Both the position numbers and the translations under genes were made by a program. From positions 23,525-35,519 of the forward strand of contig DAOOON010000008.1 of the NCBI GenBank assembly GCA_035387745.1: a stretch of 11,995 nucleotides of DNA. The letters run 5' to 3'. Shown here piece by piece: positions 1-8,100 of the stretch; positions within the stretch are counted from its first letter, which is position 1; every line of letters begins with the position of its first letter. The notes beneath the pieces are model-generated. The model ran no database searches, was not told where the DNA came from, and worked only from the letters and a program-made list of their open reading frames with translations. The DNA comes from an archaeon (GTDB lineage: Archaea > Iainarchaeota > Iainarchaeia > Iainarchaeales > CSSED10-239).

Positions 1-1302
1 AAAATAAGATTGGATTCTAATGAGCCAATGATTGTAATACTTGGCAAATACAAAAGATTATTTTTAGTAAAAAAAGAAAACAATAGAACAAATATAATTT
101 CTGAATATCCTTTATCTACAGGAGTAAATGGCTTTGGTTGTGAAACCGATAGTTTAAAAACGCCAATGGGCTTATTTAAAATTGTACAAAAAGTTGGACA
201 AAATTGCTCGCCTTTCCAAATAATTGGAGCTAGTGGTTGCCAATATAGTGATGGCCATCCTGTTATTGCAAGTAAAAACACAGGAACTGCATACGTCGTT
301 ACAAGAAAGCTAGTAATTGATGGTCTTGAAAAAGAAAACATAGGATTAGGTTGTGATAATGGTAACAGAAATACAATCTATAGAGGGATATATATTCACG
401 GAACAAATAAAGAGAACTCAATGGGTCAGCAAAGATCTCATGGTTGTATAAGAATGCTAAATAACGATGTGATTTCTCTTTTTGACCAGATAGAAAATGG
501 TACATATGTTTATGTTTATAACTCCGAGATCAGTTATTCTAATCTTTTAGATTTAGAAAATCAATTTGCAAGTAATGGAACAAGCTTAAATCAATTTGTA
601 TTTTTTAGTTGGTTTAATCTATTTTTCCCACCAGTTATAGAGCCCACAAGGCCAAAACCTAAAACAAAAGAAGAAATAATTAATTCTTTAGCCAAAGGAA
701 CAGGTAATTGTTATACCACTAATGGGAACACATTAACTACATTAAGATCAGGAGATTTAGGTTTAACAACAAAAGTAAATACCAGAAGAACAAAAAATAG
801 TGTGGTTGTTCCAAGTACCCACTCTGTTTCGTTATCAGATATTTATACAATTGCAAAAGATAGGCCAAATAATTATAGAGCAGACAATAAATTTTTAACT
901 GCAATTCCGTCACTATATAATCTTTGTGCGATATATGGCGTAGATCCAATTTTTATTTTAGCATTCTTTAAAAGAGAAAAATCAATGTATAATATGTTAG
1001 CAGGAAATTATAATAATGGAGAGCTAACTGCGACAAACAATCCATCAGGGATAAAAGCAACAAATGGCTGTGCTTGTGGTGGTAGCAAAGCGCGCAATAC
1101 TGAATTTTGTGTATACCCTACGTTAGATGCTGGTTTTGAAGCAACCTTAATAAATCTCAAAAATAATTATTCTGGTAGAGTATTATCTACTGGTTCTAAC
1201 AAGAACAGAGGCGTTGCAGAAAAATGGAATCCTGGTGGCACACCAAGTTATGGTAGAGATTTAGTTAATTTTATAAATCAATTTTATGGTTATATTAACT
1301 AA
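1..1302 (+). CDS. Two-domain cell-wall enzyme: an L,D-transpeptidase (YkuD-fold) domain fused to a C-terminal GH73/FlgJ-like N-acetylglucosaminidase-like domain; probably 5'-partial
   Basis: The ORF track gives 10..1302 (TTG at 10; first ATG at 28). The frame is open back to nt 1 (aaa ata aga), and no signal peptide precedes the catalytic domain, so the gene may continue upstream. YkuD signature: 'IYIHGTNKENSMGQQRSHGCIRMLNNDV' (His...Ser-x-Gly-Cys-x-Arg, Cys codon tgt 445-447). The C-terminal half, 'VDPIFILAFFKREKSMYN...NNPSGIKA...EFCVYPTLDAGFEATLINLKNNY', follows the glucosaminidase layout (Glu-x-Ser, NN-x-x-GIK, F-x-x-Y-x-(3)-x-S/G-F-x-x). Stop TAA at 1300-1302. Confidence 0.8.
   Translation, partial: KIRLDSNEPMIVILGKYKRLFLVKKENNRTNIISEYPLSTGVNGFGCETDSLKTPMGLFKIVQKVGQNCSPFQIIGASGCQYSDGHPVIASKNTGTAYVVTRKLVIDGLEKENIGLGCDNGNRNTIYRGIYIHGTNKENSMGQQRSHGCIRMLNNDVISLFDQIENGTYVYVYNSEISYSNLLDLENQFASNGTSLNQFVFFSWFNLFFPPVIEPTRPKPKTKEEIINSLAKGTGNCYTTNGNTLTTLRSGDLGLTTKVNTRRTKNSVVVPSTHSVSLSDIYTIAKDRPNNYRADNKFLTAIPSLYNLCAIYGVDPIFILAFFKREKSMYNMLAGNYNNGELTATNNPSGIKATNGCACGGSKARNTEFCVYPTLDAGFEATLINLKNNYSGRVLSTGSNKNRGVAEKWNPGGTPSYGRDLVNFINQFYGYIN
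28..525 (+). other. L,D-transpeptidase catalytic (YkuD) domain
   Basis: 'MIVILGKYKRLFLV...YPLSTGVNGFGCETDSLKTPMGLFKI...IYIHGT...SHGCIRMLNNDVISLF' matches the conserved order of YkuD motifs (TP-x-G-x-F, HG, S-x-GC-[IV]-R-[ML]-x-N-x-D). Confidence 0.8.
892..1299 (+). other. GH73 / FlgJ-like glucosaminidase-like domain (muramidase-type peptidoglycan hydrolase fold)
   Basis: 'FLTAIPSLYNLCAIYGVDPIFILAFFKREKSMYNMLAGNYNNG...NNPSGIKA...FCVYPTLDAGFEATLINL'. Compare the family pattern 'GI-x-PS...AQAALESGWG...NN-x-FGIK...F-R-x-Y-x-S...S-x-x-DY'. This is similarity by eye only. Confidence 0.55.
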
Positions 1303-1963
1303 ATTTAAGTAAAGGGTCTCTAATCTTTAGAGTTTTTCCTTTCTTTGCTTTTGTAGAATAGTACCTTTTTCCGTGTTCCACCAAAAGAGCATGATATTCT
1401 TGATACACTTTAAAATCTCTTGGAAGGTTATCCATAAATAGTTTTTGTATTTCTTCGTATTTTGCATTCTTTTTAATTAGTTTTAGATTTAGTAATATTC
1501 TTCTAGTGTAAGTATCAACAACAAATATTGGGTCTCTATGAGCATAAAGAAGAATAGAGTCTGCAGTTTCTTTTCCAATACCTTTAACAGAAAGAAGCTC
1601 ATGTCTTGTTGGCATTCGATCTTTTAAAGTTAGATAAAATTTAGAAATATCAACAAGTCTTTCATATTTTTGATTATAATAGCTAAGATTATTTATTGCG
1701 TGCTTAATTGTTCTAGAATCGCTTTCAATTATTGCTTTTGGATTTAACAGATCATTTTTTTTAATATTAAATATTGCTTTTTCTACATTTGTCCAAGAGT
1801 TTGCTTGTGTTAGTATTGCTCCAACATATACTTCAAATATCTGTTTATGTGTTTTAATTAGAAAATACTTTCCTGGATGATAGCCAATATCTGAAAGCGG
1901 CCACCAGCCTTGTGGCCCGTAGTTAATAAATAAAGTATTATATATTTCTTTTATTTCGTTCAT
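1295..1963 (-). CDS. HhH-GPD superfamily DNA glycosylase, endonuclease III-related (COG2231 / MagIII-like), without Fe-S cluster cysteines
   Basis: 222-aa ORF, ATG at 1961-1963, stop TAA (complement of 1295-1297). Motifs: 'YGPQGWWP' near the N-terminus, 'GAILTQANSW', helix-hairpin-helix 'LLSVKGIGKETADSILLYA' (Lys131), then 'VVDTYTRR' (Asp150). The Lys-Asp spacing is comparable to Nth K120/D138. The C-terminus 'HALLVEHGKRYYSTKAKKGKTLKIRDPLLKFS' contains no Cys. Confidence 0.85.
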   Translation of the reverse strand: MNEIKEIYNTLFINYGPQGWWPLSDIGYHPGKYFLIKTHKQIFEVYVGAILTQANSWTNVEKAIFNIKKNDLLNPKAIIESDSRTIKHAINNLSYYNQKYERLVDISKFYLTLKDRMPTRHELLSVKGIGKETADSILLYAHRDPIFVVDTYTRRILLNLKLIKKNAKYEEIQKLFMDNLPRDFKVYQEYHALLVEHGKRYYSTKAKKGKTLKIRDPLLKFS

Positions 1964-2073
1964 ATTTATCTGTAGTTTAATTTGATTATTATAATCTATA
2001 TATAATAAAATATATTTATAAATACTTCAGCTCAGTATATTTAAGTTGAATTTTGGTTTTTTGGGGATTTAAA
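1964..2073. promoter_or_regulatory. Divergent intergenic region, presumably carrying promoters for both the glycosylase gene (-) and the giant gene (+)
   Basis: A 110-nt, extremely AT-rich spacer between two divergently oriented starts. TATA-like strings: 'tttataaata' (2015-2024), 'tatattta' (about 2036-2043), 'tataat' (about 1989-1994). A purine patch 'ggggat' lies 6-7 nt upstream of ATG 2074. No recognisable Shine-Dalgarno sequence precedes the minus-strand ATG. Exact promoter elements cannot be assigned without knowing the domain of life. Confidence 0.4.
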
Positions 2074-2142
2074 ATGAATAGAAAATTTCTTGTTTTTATA
2101 ACTATATTTGCTATTGTTCTTTCCCTTAATTTAATTTACGCA
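2074..2142 (+). other. N-terminal Sec-type signal peptide of the giant protein
   Basis: Basic n-region (NRK), a 17-residue hydrophobic core (FLVFITIFAIVLSLNLI), and a small residue at -1 ('IYA|S'). Confidence 0.75.
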
Positions 2143-5100
2143 AGCACTCTTTCTGTTGATAAGAACGAAACCTATCTAGGAGACACTGTTGTAATAACAG
2201 GAACCGGATTTTCTCCAAGTTCAACACTTGTTTTACAAAATAACCTTGAGCCAAACTCTGCTTGGTGGGATGGATATAATGAACAATGGGGTTTTCCAAC
2301 CTTTGTTACAACAGACGAAAGCGGTAATTTTACATATAATTGGACAGTGCCTTTTGATTTTAGAATTTCTCCAGGTAAACAATATTTTTCCGTAGGCAAT
2401 AATATATCTGCAACAATTTATTGGAATGGTGGAGGAGATTATCCGACTTCTAAAAATAAAACAATATGTGATGGGAATTATTGTTATGTTACTTCAACAT
2501 ATACAAATCCAAATGGCGGTGTTGAAAAATTTAATATGTCAACAGGAGCAAGAGAATGTAATGCTTCTGTTGCGGTTACAGGAACAGGAATAGCAATAGA
2601 TGGGACATATATATACACAACATATGCTGCAACATCAAACAATCTTAGAAGAACAGCAATGGCAGATTGTACAGGAACATCAACATTTACTACTGCCGGC
2701 TCTAATACATATTCTGTTGCTATTTCCAATGGTTATGCTTTTTTTGGTTATAATGTTAATATTGCCCCAAGAAAATATGAAAATCTTTCTACAACTCCTT
2801 CACAAGTTGTAGCATTTGCGCCAGCATCAAGAAATTCTATTGCAAACTACATTTGTGTTACTCCTGATGCAACAAAAGTCGTTGTTGGCTATGCTGATGG
2901 TAATGTGTTGGCATTTGATTACACAACAGGAGCAACATTATGGAATTCTGATCCAGATGATGATGTTACTCAAGCAATTTCTGGGATGCATTGTGATAAT
3001 GACAAAATATATGTTGCAAAAGCTTACAACTCTACAACAAACGGGCCACTGTTTGGTGGTTTTGCATATGCCTTAAGTGCTTCTGATGGAGCTTTGGTTT
3101 GGAGAAGCGAAAGAATAGATAGTCATTATGTTTATAGTTCATATACTAACGTTGCTTGTGATTCTGTAAATTGTTATGCGTCAGTTTTATCTCCTCCACT
3201 CGGGGGTGCAGGAATTAATGGTGCTCCAATTATTCAAATAGACAAGACTACTGGCGAAATTGGTTGGGTAAAATGGAGATCTTGGCTTCCAGCAAGCACG
3301 GGGGATTATGGTACTAGCACAACACATCAAAGTCCAATGGATTTGTGGGTGGATTCTGATGAAAATGGTTTTATTTATCCGGTTTATTCTGGAGGGAGAA
3401 TACAAAAACTTTCAAAAAATGATGTTAGTGTTCAATCTTTCCCAGATACAAATCTTTGGATAAGAAGCAATACTAATCTTTATAATTTTGTAATGAACCC
3501 AACAAAGAATGTTTTCTATAGCAATGAAAGACCAAGTTTTAATTTTAAAGCAATAGATAACTATGGTCAGTATATGGACGCTGATGATAATAGATTTAAT
3601 ACCTCTCATTTAAAATTTAGTACAATTAATGCTTATAATGAATTTACTGCAGCAGAGGCCGGTTCTGCTACAGTTGCCTCACAATTTATGGATCCAAGAA
3701 TTATGTCTGTTTATTCTGCAACAGCAACACTTCCAAATCCTACACCATATAATTATTTAAAATTCATGTATGACGAATATGACAGTGGTGTATTTTGTGA
3801 AACTGCAGTTTATAACACAAAATTATTTGGTTGGCATATCAACAACAGATATTGTTTATATGAAAATCTAGAAGTTAATAATGCAACACTTAATCACACA
3901 CAAAATGGTGTAAAGCTTGCTTCTATTGCAAATTACTTTTTAGTAAATCCTAATAAATGGAACAATTTTCCAATCACAAAAACATTTGGAACAGATAATT
4001 GGACTTGGTCATCAAGTCACAACCCTACTTATGATCAAATATTAGGTTATGCAACAAGATTTGGTTCTGATTTTAATGAAGCTTGGTTTAATCAATTAGG
4101 TCAAGGAACTTCTTTTAACACAAACACAGGAACAACTTCTTTAATAGATTATATTGATGCAACTCAAGATTTTAATAATGCTGATCCAAGATTACAAAAA
4201 TGGCATGAATCTTATTTCTTATTTAAACCTCTTGGTTCAGGGGCAGACGGAAACAGACATTGGCAATATATTGAAAATGACACTAATATGATTGCTACTC
4301 CAATAACCGTTGTTCAAGGAACAAATCAATCTGGAAGTTATTTGATTGGTGCAGATACTTTTTCAAATAGAATAGATTTCAATGCGACAGAAGCAGGAAT
4401 ACTAGAAAGAACAAACGAACCATTCTGGTTTGATGTTAATTTCATAGATAGCATAAATTCAGATTGTTCAGACATTGTTGTAACAGACATTACAGATACT
4501 CCAATTGGTTTATGGCAACTTGATTCTGAAACTTGTACAGCAAATAATTATTACACATTGTTTGTTCAAGACAATTTTACTTTAGGACAAGAAAAACAAT
4601 ATAGATTATATTATAATTCTCCAACAGCAGCAGTTACTCCAGGAGGAACAACAGACTTAATTACTAGTTTAGTTTCTGGAACCTGTGCTGCAGGAACAGA
4701 TATTATTGATGTAAATAGTACTAATTGGTATAGATGGGTGCAGCCAGGAGTTGGTGCAGTAGCTGCTAACCAATTATATTTTAATTTTGGTGGAAGTTCA
4801 AATACTTGGTTTAATCATGCGACAACAAGATATGCGTTAAGAGCAGGGTATTTAAATAGTCAATCTGCAGGAACGGGTGCAGGGTCAGTAACAAATACAC
4901 TTGGAACCGCTCTAGCTACTTTTACTTCAAGGTGTTATCAAAGAAGCTATAATAAAGACAAGATATTTACACGAATTGACATGAATACTGCAAACTTTAC
5001 GATTGCTCCACACACTCCAACCGAAATTAATCCAAATGCAACAACAACATTTACAAGGAAGATAATGAGTCGTTGGTATTTCTTTAATGGAAATGGAAGA

Positions 5101-8100
5101 ATAAGAATAATGTTTAAACTGGATGAACCATTACCAGTAATGACTACTGGTATTTCACAAACATATCACCCTTATTTTTATTTTGGAATGTATGCTTTAG
5201 TTCCACAAGGAACAGCAACAGTTGCTGCAAATAATTTTGTTAACTGGTCAGGAAGAAAAGAATTAATGGATGAATATACTCCTGTACAATTGTCTCCTGA
5301 TAAAAAGTCAGCGATATTAACTCCTAGTCCTTTACCATTGACTTTTACAATAGACTATAATGGTGAACACTTCCCAACGGTTTCTTCTGCAAGTAGCAAG
5401 GTTGGCGGTGGTTGTACCGTACATAAGGTTTGGCCATATTTTTCTTGGAGACCAATTGATCCCGTAACAACAACAAATGCAACAACTTTTGCTTCAGCTT
5501 ATACTACTGACTTTATATCTTGTGATGAAGATTTAAATGGCACAATTCCTGATATTGGAAATGATGGTTATGTTAATGTATTTCCAAAAGAATCAATCTA
5601 TGGAACAGGATTAAACAGATTTGTTGACCCAAACTATATTGCGAAGTTTTATTTAAAGCCAAATCTCTATATTCCTGACAATAGAGAAAACAGATGGCTT
5701 CCACCACTAGCATTAAATTCACAATATGGAACATCTGCAAAAGTAAGTACAATTATTTTAGATGTTTGTCCAACAGAAGAATATGGTTATAAAGGTTATG
5801 ATGATTTTTTAGCAGATTTAGATGATTTAATCTCAAGTTCATCAATACACAAAGTTGAAGAAAACACAACTAATATTCCTTGTGCAACATCTATTACCAT
5901 TTTTAGTACTAATACCGGTTCGATAGGTAAATATTTCTTATTCCAAAGAGATGTTAATGTTGTTGTAGCAGATGTTTCACGACCAGATGCACCATATCCA
6001 AGTTATCTTTATGATCCAACAACAGGTGCTTTATCAATAAATGGAAGTTTAGATTATACAAATGCTCAAAAATCAACACAATATCTTGGTAAATGGTTTT
6101 TTACGTCAAGTTCTGATCCTTATGTAATAAGCGGTTATGCAACAACAGGTGCTGAACAATTACAGGGTGCTAAAAGATATGCTTGGGCACCAAGCTTTGC
6201 TTTTAATAAGAAAGTTTATTCTGAGAATTTATTTTGGAATAAAAGCATGTCAAATTTAACTTATCAACAAAGTCCTTGTGCTTGGAATTTTTCAACAAAC
6301 TATTGGGGAGACATGGATTTTGGTCCAGGCTGGAAGAAAACAATGTCAACGACTCAGCAAGGAACAATTTGTCCAAGAAATGAAAGTAATATGGAACACT
6401 ATTCTTCTTTTAGAATGGCGCTTGCTTCTTTGTATCCAGCAAATGCTTTAGTTGTTACTGCGATTGATAATGTAATAGATGGTAGACCAAATAAAGTTAC
6501 AACCATAAATGATCTTGGTATTGATGCATCAATGTTTTCTAGACATAACTCTTTATGGGATTATAATCATTATAGCGATTACACACAAGTTTTAAGTGAT
6601 TTTTCTGAATTAACAGAAGGCACAAAACATTCTAATGATGAGCCTTGGCAATGTGATTTCTCACGATATGATTCTAAAAATTTCTGTATAGTTCCTGCAA
6701 CAACAACAACATTAATTTATACTGCAACTCCCGGAGTATTAACTGCTTCTACAACAAGCGGCATGTGGTCTCCATATTACCAATCAAATAGAGAATATTC
6801 TGTTCTTAGAAATTATTTTAACAATGTTTGGTTTAATACTGCCGCAATGTTTCCAACATATGATTTTTTAACAGAAAATACAATCTTTCCAATGCTTGGA
6901 GAAACAGAATTTACTTATGATACACTTTATACAAGTAATAATCCAAACGATTATAATGATTTAATGGATAAATTATTTCCAAGATTGCACGGAGCACTTT
7001 ATCAAAATCAATTCCTTTTAAGAGATTGGAAAAATACAGCATTTATGGTTCTTTCAGGAGGAGACACAAGAGAATATCTTCGTGGAACAACAATTAATGT
7101 TTCAGGATTTATGATGAAAGATAGTGACAGTCTAGCAAATGCGCCAATCATTGTTCAGGTCTTTAAAAACTCTGCACCAGAATCCCCACTAACAACTTAT
7201 CAAACAATAACTGATGCCAATGGAGACTTTAATTATTCTTATACAATTACTCCAACAGCAGAACCAGGTCTTTATTTCTTTAAGGCAATTTACAATAATG
7301 GAGAAATAACTGGGACAACGTCATTTAAAGTTTCGGCTCTTAATATTGCAACGGTTTTAGATAAATCAGTTTATGTTGCAGGAGATAGTGTTTTTGTTAC
7401 AACAACAATAAGTGATGCAATAATTGGAGATTTAATAAGTGATGCAACAGTCAATTTAGTAATAAGTGGGCCAGCAGGAAATACTTTATTAACGACCCCC
7501 ATGACTAATGCCGGATTTGGAGTATATACTTATTCTTTCCAGTTGTCTCCTGAAACTGTAAATGGAACATATGTAGTAACAATTACCGCAACAACCGCAG
7601 ATAACACAGGCAGTGCAACAACAACATTTGGAGTTGGTGTGGCAGTAAGTTCAATTAATATAATTAACAATTTCCAGATTTCTGATGCAAATATAGAATA
7701 TGTAACTCAAGTAACAACTTTACAAAATGTTGTTGCAACACCACTATTAGAATTTACTATCAATTATCAATTGTCTGGTGGATTAGATTTAGAAAACATT
7801 ACTTTATTTACAAAAGATGATATTGTTCTTGAAAGAGTTTATGATTTTGATGATCTTAATAGAACAACATATTATCTTTCATTAGATTCTTCAAATAATC
7901 CTATAGTTTATATAATGGCAAACTTTGAAGCAAGTCAAATAAGAACAATGACTTTTATTGCGGAGAATAAATATTATGAACACATAGAACAAGATTATAA
8001 TAGTGTAAACAATTATTCTTCTGAACTTTCAAGTTATTGTTCAATTCTTTTAACCCCTGCTGCCCAAGCAGATTGTGCAAATGCAAATACTTATTTAATA

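Noticed and set aside
592-640. The hydrophobic stretch 'QFVFFSWFNLFFPPVI' in gene 1 as a transmembrane helix
   Set aside because: It has only about 15 apolar residues with an internal Asn, Ser and a Pro-Pro. A TM helix here would put the two peptidoglycan-acting domains on opposite sides of the membrane. It is more likely an aromatic linker or wall-contact patch.
299-949. Minus-strand ORFs 299..505 (68 aa) and 737..949 (70 aa) in the ORF track
   Set aside because: Both lie fully antisense inside the well-supported YkuD/GH73 CDS. Their translations are low-complexity, Leu/Tyr/Phe-rich strings with no motifs, which is typical of antisense-frame noise.
1755-1762. T8 (A8 on the coding strand) tract in the glycosylase gene as a phase-variation site
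   Set aside because: A/T homopolymers of 7-8 nt occur repeatedly in this AT-rich window (for example 69-75 and 11629-11635), and here the tract simply encodes Lys-Lys-Asn. Unlike the G8 tract, it is not compositionally surprising.
1899-1917. GC-rich hairpin 'ggccac-cagcctt-gtggcc' near the 5' end of the glycosylase gene
   Set aside because: The stem is only 6 bp. It falls exactly on the codons for the conserved 'GPQGWWP' motif (Gly/Pro/Trp codons are intrinsically GC-rich), so protein constraint explains it.
2053-2073. TTG at 2053 as the start of the giant gene (ORF-track start, 'MVFWGFK' extension)
   Set aside because: ATG at 2074 gives a textbook signal peptide (n-region NRK immediately after Met) and has a purine patch just upstream. 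The 7 extra residues would bury the n-region. The choice remains untested.
2172-3609. Short ORFs nested in the giant gene on both strands: 2172..2399(-), 2484..2729(-), 2600..2812(+), 2816..3076(+), 3187..3405(-), 3412..3609(-)
   Set aside because: All sit within the propeller-coding region, whose main frame has clear periodic protein motifs. The two plus-strand ones (+1 frame, Gln/Leu/His/Met-rich) stay open only because the main frame is rich in ACA/GCA/GGA/ACT codons. There are no start-site signals or motifs, so I do not call overprinted genes.
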